Positions 34,801 through 44,356 are shown, counted from the first letter of the stretch. The stretch: 64,000 nucleotides of DNA from Dehalococcoidia bacterium (GCA_965262725.1 OZ253555.1:1472001-1536000); one strand, 5' to 3'. The notes: a model not told the origin generated them from the letters alone. Numbers and translations are program-made.

Positions 34801-36941
34801 CGGAGGAGCACTCCGCGCAGCTTTCGCCGGAAGAAGCGCGGCGTATTCAGGATCTCTTCGAGAGCGGGGTCCGCAACGTGCTGAGCTCGAGCACGACGAT
34901 GGAGCTGGGTGTCGACATCGGCGGCCTGAGCGGCGTCCTCATGACCAACACGCCGCCCAGCCGCGCCCGCTACCTACAGCGAGCCGGGCGCGCGGGACGG
35001 CGCGGCGAGGGAGCCTCGGTCACCCTGCTGTTCGCCCGCAACCAACCGTTCGACCAAGAAGTCTTCCGGAACTTCGCGCAGTATCTCAGTGCCCCGATGC
35101 GGCCCCCGTCGGTACTGCTCGAACGGGACCGTCTGTCGCTGCGGCACGCCTACTCGCACGTTCTCGGCAGCTTCTTCCGCGCGCTGTGGGAGCCGGGCCA
35201 GAGTACGAGCACCATGGGAGCGTTCCGTCAGATGGGGGACTTCACAGGCAGCCCGTCGACCGTGCGGTGGCGATCCGGCCCCAAACCCGGGATCAGCGAT
35301 CAGCCGCACCCGCCCGATCCCGCCTCGCCACCTGCCTGGTGGACCGCCGATGGCGGCCCACTCGAGGCACAGTTTCGGCGGTACATCGAGCACCTGGCCG
35401 GCCACCCGGGCGGGATCGCCGCCGACCTTCGGACCATCTTGTCCAACGCGAGAGCCGAGGAGCAGCTCGACGACTGGCCAAGATTCTGCGAGGAACTCCT
35501 CGACCGCTTCGACGAGTCGACCGCCGCATGGCGCGGCGAGTTCGACGAGTTCCTCGCCGCATGGGACCTGGCTGGGACAAGGCCGCTTGCTAACTTTCTC
35601 CACTTCCAGCTCGCCGAGCTGCGCGGGCGACCGGTGATCGCGCATCTCGCCGAGCACCAGTTCCTGCCTCGCTTCGGTTTCCCACTGGGAGTCCTGCAGC
35701 TTCGCATCGACACCGACCGGGCCAATGGTGATTCCTGGGCGCTCGATCGGTCCGGGGCGTTGGCGCTGCGGGAGTACGCGCCGGGTGCGAAGGTGCTGGC
35801 GGGTGGACGGCAGATCACCTCTCGCGGGCTCGTCAAGCACTGGGTCGGGGAAGACGAACAAGCGCTCGGTGCCCAGCGCCGCCTCCTGACGTGCTCCGAA
35901 GAACACTCGTATCTCTCAACCGGCGTCGCGCTGCACGATGAGTGCCCGTACTGCGGGGCAGCGCCGTCGGGGTCGGGAAACCAGGTCATCAGGGTCGCGC
36001 GCGGCTTCAAGACCGCGGCGTGGGATCCTCCGCGGCGCGCACGAGGAACGGAGCTCGTTGGCATGATCGAGGTCGTGCCGCCCGCCATCGGTCACGCGAT
36101 GTCCGGCGAGCACACGGATGTCGAGATCGAGTCCGTGCCCGGCCTCCGCGCGGTCCACCTCGAGGGTGCGCAGCTGATCACCCTCAATGCCGGGGAGCAC
36201 GGCTTCGGATTTCACATCTGCTATCGGTGCGGCTACGCGGGCTCCGAGCTTACGCGAGCGGCCACCGGGGCTCAGAACCTGCCGCCCGCGGCTCAGGATC
36301 ACTCGCCCCTCTGGATGCGCCGCCGCCGCCGCGCTTGCTGGACCCAGGGCGCGCTGTCTTCGTTCGCTCGCAACCGTGTCCTGCTGCACGAGGAGACGAC
36401 GGACGCGCTCGTGCTGGACTTCCGGGGCTGGAGTGTGGACCTGCGGGCAGAACGCGGTGCCCTGCTCGCCTGGGCTGCCGGATTGCCGCATGCGGTCGGG
36501 CAGACGCTCGACCTCGACGCCGGGGATGTCGCCGCCTCCCCGTACCCATTCAGCGACGGCGTGGGCATCATCCTCCACGACACGGCTGCGGGCGGCGCCG
36601 GCCATGTCTCCGAACTGCTGCGAGGCTCCATGGCGCGCGATGTCCTCGAAGCCCTCCGCGTCCGCCTGTACGTCGACGAGGCGCACAACGCCCGATGCGT
36701 GCAGGGCTGCCTCTCGTGCGTGTTGAGCTACGAGGCGCAGCACTTGGTCGAAGTCGGCCTCGATCGCCCGCGTGGGCTCGCGCTCCTCGACGCGCTCCTC
36801 TCGGGCGGCGCAGGCACCATGCCGGAGCCCAGCCCCGCGCCGGCCGATGGGACACCGATGCTGCAGCACGATGCGGAGGAACGGATAGCTCACGCTGCGG
36901 CGCGCAGACGCGGGCGATCCCGAAGGCGGACTTCAGGGTGA
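31818..36941 (+). CDS. SF2 DEAH helicase with Zn fingers and C-terminal DUF1998 (DruE-like)
   Basis: HQERA, GTGAGKTE, YPMNAL, TNYSMLEYML, LDEAH, SAT, FSDSR, EHSAQL, TTMELGVDIG, QRAGRAGR and D..AGGAG...CVQGCLSC. Confidence 0.92.
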   Translation: MPGKLDSLGLAESLRRRMADFASADLYVTDPEIQRAAGAVWEDEESGLVGELWVEGIMPPMPGQRLQKIAEAGGFDQDLLGRLTESGAWGDWRLHEHQERAIRAASSDLGGAVMVSAGTGAGKTESFLLPLVDRLWSAPRRGSGMRALILYPMNALVRDQMDRLDAWLGGQSRLTYFHFTSETPETESEADRRGIAKQFASRVRSRDEARRAPPDICVTNYSMLEYMLARPQDAPFFGEGLEVVVLDEAHLYTGTLASEIMFLLRRVLLRCGLTATDILHLATSATLGGDDDELRAFLSQLTATPPGRACVIRGRPQPSAPLPASGSDQRAGALVQLDGRLPSNAGGTDVLSILGAETDDDSDAPIVLGRRLADWPATERLRSALHAEPGVPHLLVELAEKVWPHGGKSNVAATAALLRWTSIAQSGPDAPLLAHRLHLPLRGPGGLGLCLNGDCSGPEERQKTGCGAVQDARGDRCRWCSSVVLPIARCEGCGLVVLTARQQHARFVPEPVPGRGTRRTAMEVRGLLLGFADPAPGAVEVLPDGSVGGGGVRLRPLPPLDADTPYETGCAHELFEPLARGAGLLLSVIAETSLAAMPPDSDPDRARTRPAGGRRLLVFSDSRREAARLGPALTWGHEVQLVRAEILRLMDAASPDDVSATREYLKSDIARLQNLLERDPPSSTRQLIERDLADRVTDLRAHILGGPMHDWERALARSDKLAEILSFDGASIHRRAEWSDESWSENHRANGRRARALLAREFVAPPGRSAGASLEALGLALVDYPELRELPPPTLGQLPSTIRERAVEQWPQFVAALLDSLRVDGGITTGEQELDDYYSEDHAPIGKWISFEGPDRRDRARFRGATSRHRRNAFLIRLLLDFGATGEQLDEFEPLLARAAFDWLRTAEPRPEWLERHQTEPWFRVRFPDLALRRPDEVWLDESRLIVGFVVNGRHPRGTGRFVQRRQSELDADPRFQRLRSELREEPSLRVGLWAEEHSAQLSPEEARRIQDLFESGVRNVLSSSTTMELGVDIGGLSGVLMTNTPPSRARYLQRAGRAGRRGEGASVTLLFARNQPFDQEVFRNFAQYLSAPMRPPSVLLERDRLSLRHAYSHVLGSFFRALWEPGQSTSTMGAFRQMGDFTGSPSTVRWRSGPKPGISDQPHPPDPASPPAWWTADGGPLEAQFRRYIEHLAGHPGGIAADLRTILSNARAEEQLDDWPRFCEELLDRFDESTAAWRGEFDEFLAAWDLAGTRPLANFLHFQLAELRGRPVIAHLAEHQFLPRFGFPLGVLQLRIDTDRANGDSWALDRSGALALREYAPGAKVLAGGRQITSRGLVKHWVGEDEQALGAQRRLLTCSEEHSYLSTGVALHDECPYCGAAPSGSGNQVIRVARGFKTAAWDPPRRARGTELVGMIEVVPPAIGHAMSGEHTDVEIESVPGLRAVHLEGAQLITLNAGEHGFGFHICYRCGYAGSELTRAATGAQNLPPAAQDHSPLWMRRRRRACWTQGALSSFARNRVLLHEETTDALVLDFRGWSVDLRAERGALLAWAAGLPHAVGQTLDLDAGDVAASPYPFSDGVGIILHDTAAGGAGHVSELLRGSMARDVLEALRVRLYVDEAHNARCVQGCLSCVLSYEAQHLVEVGLDRPRGLALLDALLSGGAGTMPEPSPAPADGTPMLQHDAEERIAHAAARRRGRSRRRTSG

Positions 36942-37330
36942 TCAACAGCCGTCGTGTAGTTGGCGGTATAGCCGTACCACCCTCCCAAAGCAGCGCTCAG
37001 AACGAGAGCGCCAGATACAACCTGGCACATCCCTTTTCCCTTTTCGCACGACCGCAGCTTCATACCGATGTTTGCCCGGTGGTGACACCAGACGGCAGCG
37101 GCAGAGCCAGTGCCAAGGGGCCTCGTCTCCGTAGGCATGCGTGGCGCAAGGGAGTGGTATGAGCCAGGACGGAACGTCATGTGAGTCCGTCATGTCAGGT
37201 TCAGAGAGGGCTCCAAGACGAGTTGGTGGCACAGGCTGGGACGGCTGGCGGCGAACTCAAAACCCGTTGGGGCCTCGAATTGTCGGCGACGGCAAACTGG
37301 CAAGAACACAATTGCTAAGGAAGGCAGCAA

Positions 37331-37354
37331 TTGGGGACCAGTTTGGGGATCAAC
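37331..37354 (+). promoter_or_regulatory. putative integrase arm-type binding sites
   Basis: TTGGGGACCAGTTTGGGGATCAAC about 115 bp from the att core; the same motif occurs next to the tRNA. Confidence 0.55.
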
Positions 37355-37469
37355 ACGGGGGCACAGGACGGTACGACAGGGGACGCGGAGTGACGGCGAC
37401 CGCTCGATTCACGATTGGAGCGGGACCAGATCGCACGTCCGGGGACCAATCAACACCGATTCTGGGGGC

Positions 37470-37519
37470 TTCATAAGCCCTTGGTCGCAGGTTCGAATCC
37501 TGCCCCTGCTACCAACCTT
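37470..37519 (+). repeat. att core: 50-bp copy of the tRNA-Met 3' half
   Basis: TTCATAAGCCCTTGGTCGCAGGTTCGAATCCTGCCCCTGCTACCAACCTT is identical to the reverse complement of 59691-59740. Confidence 0.93.
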
Positions 37520-37841
37520 CGCGCTCTTGCTGGCCGCGTGCGATTCCGGGTCCGGGGACTCCTCGGCGAGCGCGCCCGCCGCGACTTCCGATGGCCCCAC
37601 CGGCGAGCTCTCCGCGAACGACGCGACGGAGGCAGAGCTCGTTTCGGCCTTCGAAGCAGCGGGTATCACCAACGCCAGCCAGTGGGCGCACGAGGTCGAG
37701 GAGTACCGCCCCTACCCGGCGGACGACCCCGACTTCGCCGCCGGCGGCCACCTGAACGAGCTGAGCTTCCACACCATCGCCTTGTACGCGTTCGAAGAAA
37801 ATGAATGGCGTGACAGATCGCCAGATCCCCGATCGGAGTAG
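37520..37841 (+). pseudogene. lipoprotein fragment lacking its start
   Basis: Lipobox LLAAC and a Ser/Ala linker directly after the att core; the 3' end looks chimeric. Confidence 0.45.
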
Positions 37842-37889
37842 GGACCGAATGGCACGTCCGGGGAGTACGCGAGACGACTTCTCGAGACC

Positions 37890-38630
37890 TCAGATTGTTA
37901 GTCGCGGGCCCAGCTCCCGAAGCCGGTCGCGGCGGCGGAGGTAGTCCGTCACCGCTTGCGCGACGATGGCCCAGTACTCGGACGTGTGGCCCCGGACGCG
38001 CAGATGGGCGAGTTCGTGAGCGACGATGTAGTCGATGATCGCGGGCGGGGCCATGATGACGCGCCAGTTGAAGCGCAGCGTCCCGTCAGGGGAGCAACTC
38101 GCCCAGCGCTTGCGCTGACCCCGGATCAGAGTCGCCTTCGGATGGACGCCGAGGAGGCCTGCCATTCGCTCGATACGGGGCGGGAGCTCCAGGGCGGCGC
38201 GTTCGCGGTACCACGCCTCGAATGCGGCGCGTACGGTCACTATCCGCTCTTCGCCCCGCACGGTCCGCGGCACACCCACATCGAAGTGCCAGTGGCGAAA
38301 GCGGATTGCGACCCCATCGTCGTCGGTCGGATGGACGGTCATCGCCACGGACCGCCCTAGGTACGGGAGCGACTCCCCGCTCACAAACCGCCGAGGCGGC
38401 GGAGCGGCAGACGCCGCGCCGTCGTGCCGCATGATCCACCGTGCGCGGCGCCGCACGGCCGCTTCGAGATGGTCGGCCGGCGTGTCGGCCGGCGCCGCCA
38501 CGGTGACCGATCCTGGCTCATCGACTGTGATCTGGATCGTCTTGCGCCGCCTCCGGCTGCGGACGACCTGGTAGCGGATCCGGGCGTCGCCGAAGTCGAC
38601 CTCGCCACGCTCTGTCATGCGAGGCGTCAC
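37890..38630 (-). CDS. M48/YgjP-family (DUF45) metal-dependent hydrolase
   Basis: SGESLPYLG, RWASCS, FNWR and DYIVAHELAHL. Confidence 0.9.
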   Translation of the reverse strand: MTPRMTERGEVDFGDARIRYQVVRSRRRRKTIQITVDEPGSVTVAAPADTPADHLEAAVRRRARWIMRHDGAASAAPPPRRFVSGESLPYLGRSVAMTVHPTDDDGVAIRFRHWHFDVGVPRTVRGEERIVTVRAAFEAWYRERAALELPPRIERMAGLLGVHPKATLIRGQRKRWASCSPDGTLRFNWRVIMAPPAIIDYIVAHELAHLRVRGHTSEYWAIVAQAVTDYLRRRDRLRELGPRLTI

Positions 38631-38785
38631 CGTGCCACCTCAACGACCTGTCTGAAGAGCTCGTCGAGATCGCCCTCGTCGTAGCGGTTGGTTCGGCGGA
38701 GCAGCCGCTTGATGTCGCGTCGCATCTCCTGCTGGACATCGAGGTGCTCGCGCCAGTCGATGATCGAGCGATGCTGTTGGCGTGT
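38627..38785 (-). pseudogene. 3' remnant of a second hsdR
   Basis: IIDWREHLDVQQEMRRDIKRLLR...VVEVAR*, overlapping the M48 start, which is the usual hsdR-ygjP arrangement. Confidence 0.6.
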
Positions 38786-39768
38786 CACGGCAGAATCTCT
38801 CTCAGTACAGCCGCTTGTGTTTCGGTCGCCCGCATGTTCTGGAGGTCTCGGCGAATCGCGGCTGCAGGGTCCTCCTGATCCGCTTGCAGGACGCGGACGA
38901 TGGCCTCGAACGGCGCCGAAGCGAGTTCAGCGAGAGCGGGCATGGCCGCGATCTCCTCGGGGGAGATTCCTCTGCGGTCCCGATACCCAGCGAGGAACCC
39001 GCGGGCAAAGACCGGCCGCAGGACTCGAGAGCCTCGTCGCTCACGCCCGAAGCTGAGAACGCCGCGGACGATGTCTGACGCCCGCGGGCCACGTTCCAGC
39101 TTGTCGAAGTCAAGCAACGCGACCATGCCATCGTCCCTGAAGAGTGTGTTTCGCCCGTGGTAGTCGTTGTGCAGCCAGCCAGTTGGCAGGGCATCGAGGA
39201 GCCCGGAAGGCAGTGAGACCGAGATGGCCTCGAGTCGCCGCCGGTAGCGCCGGAACTCGGGCTCCAGCGGCGAGCTGCCGAACGCGCGCCGGAGTTCGTC
39301 CACCACCTCGCGTGGTGTCGCCACGAAGCGACGCACGTCTTCCTCCACGTGCGAGGCCTTGGCGGCAGCAACGAAGCGGTCGGCCAGGTCGTGGAACTCG
39401 GCGAGGCGACGTCCGGCTTCCCGCGCCTGGTCGAGTCGCGCAAAGTCGAAGTGCTCGCCGTCCACGAGCTCGAAGAGGGTCCATGGGAACCCTTCTTCGT
39501 CCACCACGACAGGGTCGGCGGTCCTCGATTCGATGACGCGCGCGACCGGGAAACCGAGCGCGTCGAGGTGCTGCTGGAACCGAATCTGGAACCGCACTCG
39601 CTCGGGATCGCGATTGCGCCGGTACCTCCGGACCGCGAACGAACGCCCGCGCGAGTCGACGACACGCAAGTTGTCGTTGCGGGTGCCCGCGTCGAATGCC
39701 CCAACGAACCGCGGCTGGTCGAGCGCGTAGCGGGCGAGCACCGAGGTTAGGGCGGCTGGTGAATCCAC
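38785..39768 (-). CDS. phosphotransferase (APH / type II homoserine kinase fold)
   Basis: LAEFH, LHNDYHGRN and LLDFD. Confidence 0.85.
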   Translation of the reverse strand: MDSPAALTSVLARYALDQPRFVGAFDAGTRNDNLRVVDSRGRSFAVRRYRRNRDPERVRFQIRFQQHLDALGFPVARVIESRTADPVVVDEEGFPWTLFELVDGEHFDFARLDQAREAGRRLAEFHDLADRFVAAAKASHVEEDVRRFVATPREVVDELRRAFGSSPLEPEFRRYRRRLEAISVSLPSGLLDALPTGWLHNDYHGRNTLFRDDGMVALLDFDKLERGPRASDIVRGVLSFGRERRGSRVLRPVFARGFLAGYRDRRGISPEEIAAMPALAELASAPFEAIVRVLQADQEDPAAAIRRDLQNMRATETQAAVLREILP

Positions 39769-39799
39769 GGCTGTTCGGTGTCGCTCCCATCAGGATCGT

Positions 39800-40000
39800 C
39801 TACAGGTTAGGGCTGCCGCGTGCATCGCCCAACGGGAGGTCGTACTCCCGAGAGGACCACACCGTGGTGGCGTGGTTCTGGTCGCGTGCGCACCGAGGTG
39901 CCGCCTGCAGCAGTCTCAACGGGACGGAACCATCAGGGCTGTCGCCCTCCAACCACAGCTCCGTCAAGCCCGTGAGCTCTCCCCGAGAAGGCCGCCCAGG
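39800..40000 (-). pseudogene. decayed LRR-protein remnant
   Basis: GELTGLTELWLEGDSPDGSVP. Confidence 0.35.
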
Positions 40001-40236
40001 GGCTCCGATCGTGATGCTCCGCCACATATAGCCTCGGTGAGCACGAGGCCGAACTGTACGGGGCGGAGGCGAGGAGTCTTCAGCGCGCAGTGACCTCGAG
40101 CGAGCATTGAGCCGACACCGGCATCGATGGGGACACACACTGAGAAGGCACAGGCGGTCCTAGGAGTGGTGGACGAGTGTCGATCTGCTCCTGCTCAAGG
40201 GGCGTGCGGGGCGATGTCGGCAGCAGAGGGTGAACA

Positions 40237-40674
40237 GTGATGCCCGGTGACCTCGTCCAGCTAGACCGAGTAGACGTCATGTATGTGCGCGAGTACGGGA
40301 AGCCGAGCGAAGAGGCCTTCGCTGAATTGGAAGAGGTGGTGGGGCTGAAAGGAAGGCGCTTCTACGGGGTCGTCAACGAGGGTGCCGGGCAGTACCGGGC
40401 ATGCGTCCGACGCCGGAAGCAAGACGACCCCTCCAGTCTTGGCCTCAGAACAGGCGCTATCGAGGGTGGACTGTACGCATTTGAACGGCTGATCGGCGAC
40501 TACAAGGCCCTGATCGCCCTCATCGGCCCTACGTTCGAGGGAATGCGCGCCCGGCATCCCGTCGACTCGTCAAGGCCCTCTATCGAGTTCTATCGTCGGC
40601 ACGACGAGATCGTGCTGTACCTTCCCGTTTCTGAATCGGAATCTAGCGGGATAGCAGGTCAGACTGGGGACTAG
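40237..40674 (+). CDS. GyrI-like small-molecule-binding protein
   Basis: GLKGRRFYG, YRACV, IEGGLYA and RPSIEFYRRHDE. Confidence 0.7.
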   Translation: MMPGDLVQLDRVDVMYVREYGKPSEEAFAELEEVVGLKGRRFYGVVNEGAGQYRACVRRRKQDDPSSLGLRTGAIEGGLYAFERLIGDYKALIALIGPTFEGMRARHPVDSSRPSIEFYRRHDEIVLYLPVSESESSGIAGQTGD

Positions 40675-40833
40675 TGGCCGCCTGTGTGCGGGCTCGAGCG
40701 GAACACCAAGCAGCGCCGCACATCCACGAGGCCGGCAGCGGCGTGAGTCACCGCAAGCCGCGTTCAGCAGCCACAGCGACGCCTATGCGCGGGTACTGAA
40801 CCCGGAGCCGCTCGGTGTGTAAGGATTCTCCGT

Positions 40834-41760
40834 GTGAACGTGAGTCCCCCGCCCGCCGGGCTGTCTCGACGAGTCGCGAGGCTCATGGGCTCGGCGGTCG
40901 AGTCCGGTTGTCCGGCCGCGGGTGGGTACACCCCTGCCGAGCGTTGGTCTCTGACCCTTGCGGACGGGCGGCGTGTCTTCGCCAAGACCGGCGCAGACAC
41001 ACCGCAGTCTGCGGTCGCCAGCTGGCTGCGTCGCGAACACCAGGCCTACCGAGACATCTCCGCACCCTTCATGCCGGCGCTGCTTGGATGGGACGACGAC
41101 GGTCGTCACCCCTTGCTCCTCCTGGAGGAGCTCAGTCACGGGAAATGGCCCCCTCCATGGAGTGCAGAGCAGATTGCCGCGGTCCGATCCACCGTGGAGG
41201 ACGTTGCGCGGACGCGACCACCGGTGTGGGCTGAGGACATCGAGGAACGAGAGCGAGGGCACCTCTCCGGGTGGCTCCGAGTTCGGGAGGACCCCGCCCC
41301 CTTCCTCAGCCTGGGGCTCAGCGACGAACGGTGGCTGCGCACGTGTCTCCCAGCCCTCATCGAGTCGGCCGAGTCGGCACAACTCGATGGCGGCTCGCTC
41401 GTTCACTTCGACGTGCGCAGCGACAACCTCTGCTTCGTGAACGACGATGTCCACCGACGCGTGACGCTCGTCGACTGGAACTGGTGCGGACGCGGGAGTC
41501 CGTTGCTCGACCTCATGTCATGGCTCCCGAGCCTGCATTCCGAGGGAGGACCAGCCCCGTGGGACATGGTCGAGGAATCCAGGGGTTTCGCAGCGCTGCT
41601 CAGTGGGTACTTCGCGGCACAAGCCGGGCTGCCACCGACCGGCAGCGGCACACGGGGCCGACAGTTGCAGCTGGCCTGCCTCCGCAGCGCTCTTCCGTGG
41701 GCAATTCGAGAACTTCGGTTACCGGAACCACCTATCGAGCGATCATCGGTCCCTGACTAG
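40834..41760 (+). CDS. aminoglycoside-phosphotransferase-family protein
   Basis: GGYT, VFAK, LVHFDVRSDN and LVDWNW. Confidence 0.88.
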   Translation: MNVSPPPAGLSRRVARLMGSAVESGCPAAGGYTPAERWSLTLADGRRVFAKTGADTPQSAVASWLRREHQAYRDISAPFMPALLGWDDDGRHPLLLLEELSHGKWPPPWSAEQIAAVRSTVEDVARTRPPVWAEDIEERERGHLSGWLRVREDPAPFLSLGLSDERWLRTCLPALIESAESAQLDGGSLVHFDVRSDNLCFVNDDVHRRVTLVDWNWCGRGSPLLDLMSWLPSLHSEGGPAPWDMVEESRGFAALLSGYFAAQAGLPPTGSGTRGRQLQLACLRSALPWAIRELRLPEPPIERSSVPD

Positions 41761-41839
41761 GAATGGTGCGGGTGGGAATGATGCTTACATCTGGCCCCAC
41801 TTTGATCCTCTGATCTGGCCCCACCCCCGGGGACCGGGA

Positions 41840-42622
41840 TCAGGTCGTTGGGGCACCTCCTCTCGGGGAGGTCGAGGCCCGGAGCCGGTAGGACTCGGTG
41901 CCGGTCTCGATGATATGGGCACGGTAGGTGAGGCGGTCAACGACGGCCGCGGCGAGACGAGGGTCGGTGAAGATGCGGCCCCACTCGGAGAACGGGGAGT
42001 TGGAGGCGACGGCGACCGATGCCCGTTCCTCGCGCTCGGTCAGGATCTGGAACAGCATTTCGGCACCGCGCGGGTCGAGGTGGACGTACCCGAACTCATC
42101 CAGGCAGAGCAGGTCGAGGCGGCCGTAGCGGGCGACGAGGCGTGAGAGCGCGCGATCATCCGACGCTTCGGCCAGTTCATTCACCAGGGCGGCCGTGGTC
42201 ATGTACCGCACGCGCAGCCCCAGGTGGCAGGCGGCCATGCCGAGGCCGATGAGCAGGTGTGACTTCCCGGTGCCGCTGTCACCGAGCAGGACGACGGGCT
42301 CGCCCCTTTCGACCCAGTCGCAGCGCTCCAGCGTGGCGAGCGCCGGCGCGTCGACTGTCGGCGCCGCCTCGAGGTCGAAGTCGGCGAGGTACTTGAAACG
42401 CGGGAACCGCGCCTCGACGATACGGCGCTGACGGCGCCGCTCCTCACGGTCATCGCGTTCGGCTCCCAGCACTTCGGCGAGATAGCCCAGATGGGTGATC
42501 CGGTCTCGGACCGCGGCTTCGGCGAGCGGGAGCGCCTGCTTCCTGACGGTGGGGAGACGGAGCTCGCGGCAGATCGCCTCGATTGTCAGCTCCGCGGCCT
42601 GGTCGGTGAGGGGTGCTGTCAT
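41840..42622 (-). CDS. istB: IS21 helper ATPase
   Basis: GDSGTGKSH, LLCLDEFGY, ASNSPFSEW and AVVDRL. Confidence 0.95.
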   Translation of the reverse strand: MTAPLTDQAAELTIEAICRELRLPTVRKQALPLAEAAVRDRITHLGYLAEVLGAERDDREERRRQRRIVEARFPRFKYLADFDLEAAPTVDAPALATLERCDWVERGEPVVLLGDSGTGKSHLLIGLGMAACHLGLRVRYMTTAALVNELAEASDDRALSRLVARYGRLDLLCLDEFGYVHLDPRGAEMLFQILTEREERASVAVASNSPFSEWGRIFTDPRLAAAVVDRLTYRAHIIETGTESYRLRASTSPRGGAPTT

Positions 42623-42638
42623 CGGGTGCCTCCTGTGG

Positions 42639-44273
42639 TCAGCGTGCCGTCGACACCGCAGCGGTGACGGCGGTTGTGGTGGTGTGCGACGCGTTCTCGG
42701 CAGACCGCGGAGCGCGGGAGCGCCCGCCCGGCGACGTGCCGGGCCATCGGGAATCACCCGAGAGCAGCGCATCGTAGCCATCGAGGAGCGGGGCAGGTCG
42801 GTCGTAGCGCTCCAGGTGCGGTCTCTCGACGGCGGCGTCTGGTGGCCTGCGGTCGGCGAGACGGCGCGCCTCGATGGCGACCAGTTCGGGGTTCACCGAC
42901 TGGATCCTGTTGACCGTCCCGAGCGCGGCGTGCACCGCCGTGAAGGGAAGATGGCGATGCAGGAGCAGGACCTCGATGTACGCCTGCGTGCCCGCGCGGT
43001 CGCCGAGCTTGCGGCGGGCGCGGTCCCAGAAGCGCTGATGCTCGGCTGTGACGTGTCCCTTCGCACGCGCCTGCTGGAGCGCCACCGAGCCCGGGACCGC
43101 CCCGGGCTTGCGCGCGAGCACCTCCAGATAGTGGTCGAGCAGCAGGACCTCTGCTCCGGTGCGGGCGCTGCGCTCGTGGTGGGCGACTTCACGCCCCTCG
43201 GCCCACACGGTCAGGCTGTTCCCGGACAGCCGCACGTCCAGCTTCCGGCCTGCATAGGCCGCCGGGACCGAGTAGCGGGAGCTACGCACGGCGATGCGCG
43301 CCTTGCGGTCGACCTTCGCGCGCAGCGGGATTGACGGGTCGAAGCGCTCCGCCGGAAGCGGACGCAGCGAGGCCTTCTCGTTCTCTCCCATCTCGCCGAC
43401 GGTGGCGAGGCGGCTCTCGATGTGCCGGGCGTCGTCGGTGCGGTCCGCCTCCCGCACTCGTTCGTTCAGCTCGCCGAGGGTCGCCACCTTCGGGACCGGC
43501 ACGAAGTGCCGCCGGCGGAAGCGGCCGACCTCGCCCTCCACACCGCCCTTCTCGTGCGCGCCCTCGATGCCGGGCTCACAGAAGAAGCTGTCGAAGCCGT
43601 AATGCGAGCGGAGCGCGATGAAGCGCTCGGTCTGCAGGCGCTCGCGTCCCTGCAGCACGGTGGTGACGGCCGCCGTCAGATTGTCGTAGCGGATGCGCCG
43701 CGGCACTCCGCCGAGCCGCTCGAAGGCGACCACGTGCCCCTCGAGCAGAGACTCCTGGCCCTCGCCGACGAAGCAGACGTGCGCCGCCCGCCCCGAATGC
43801 GAGAGCCGCATCACGAACATCGCCAGCCGGGTCTCGACGCCCTCCAGCCACACCGTCACCGTGCCGAAGTCGACCTCCGCCTCCTCGCCGGGAGGATGGA
43901 CCTGCGGGATCGTCACAACCGCGCGCCCGCCCTGGATCTCGCGACGCAGGCGCGCGACGCAGGCGCGGACCGTGGGCTCGGCCACCGTCGCCCCGTGTTC
44001 GTCGACGAGGCGCTCCCAGATGCGCCGGGCCGTGTGCCGCTGCTTGCGCGGCGCGCTGAGGTCGTCCACGAGCCAGCCCCGGATGACCGAGACGTACGGC
44101 CCGAGCTTCGGGGCCACGCGGGTCGCCTGCTTGCGTTCCGGGGGTATCGCCGACCCAAGAGCCTGCCGCACCGTGCGCCGGTGCACGCCATGCCGGCGTC
44201 CCAGCTCATGGATCGACAGCTCCTCCTCCCTCGCCATCCGTCGGATAGACTCGAACAGCTCCACTCTCGACAC
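42639..44273 (-). CDS. istA: IS21 transposase
   Basis: PRKQRHTARRI, GEEAEVDFG, GGVP.RIRYDN and HEKGGVE. Confidence 0.95.
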   Translation of the reverse strand: MSRVELFESIRRMAREEELSIHELGRRHGVHRRTVRQALGSAIPPERKQATRVAPKLGPYVSVIRGWLVDDLSAPRKQRHTARRIWERLVDEHGATVAEPTVRACVARLRREIQGGRAVVTIPQVHPPGEEAEVDFGTVTVWLEGVETRLAMFVMRLSHSGRAAHVCFVGEGQESLLEGHVVAFERLGGVPRRIRYDNLTAAVTTVLQGRERLQTERFIALRSHYGFDSFFCEPGIEGAHEKGGVEGEVGRFRRRHFVPVPKVATLGELNERVREADRTDDARHIESRLATVGEMGENEKASLRPLPAERFDPSIPLRAKVDRKARIAVRSSRYSVPAAYAGRKLDVRLSGNSLTVWAEGREVAHHERSARTGAEVLLLDHYLEVLARKPGAVPGSVALQQARAKGHVTAEHQRFWDRARRKLGDRAGTQAYIEVLLLHRHLPFTAVHAALGTVNRIQSVNPELVAIEARRLADRRPPDAAVERPHLERYDRPAPLLDGYDALLSGDSRWPGTSPGGRSRAPRSAENASHTTTTAVTAAVSTAR

Positions 44274-44356
44274 ACTCCTCTTCCCTCGCTCCGGGAGTCA
44301 TGCAGTCACCCGAGCGTAGGTCCTGGATGGGTCGGGGGTGGTGTCCCCATGTTCTT

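Larger units (their letters stand above)
41779..44339 (-). mobile_element. second IS21-family element; left end lost at the IS110 junction
   Basis: istA and istB; right end has CTGGCCCCAC repeats (41791-41824); the 5' end abuts the IS110. Confidence 0.88.

Noticed and set aside
37470-37519. Second tRNA gene
   Set aside because: Only the anticodon loop to the 3' end is present; there is no acceptor 5' strand or D-arm, so it is an att core.
38785-41760. Aminoglycoside resistance cluster
   Set aside because: Only the generic APH/kinase fold is supported; substrates cannot be inferred.
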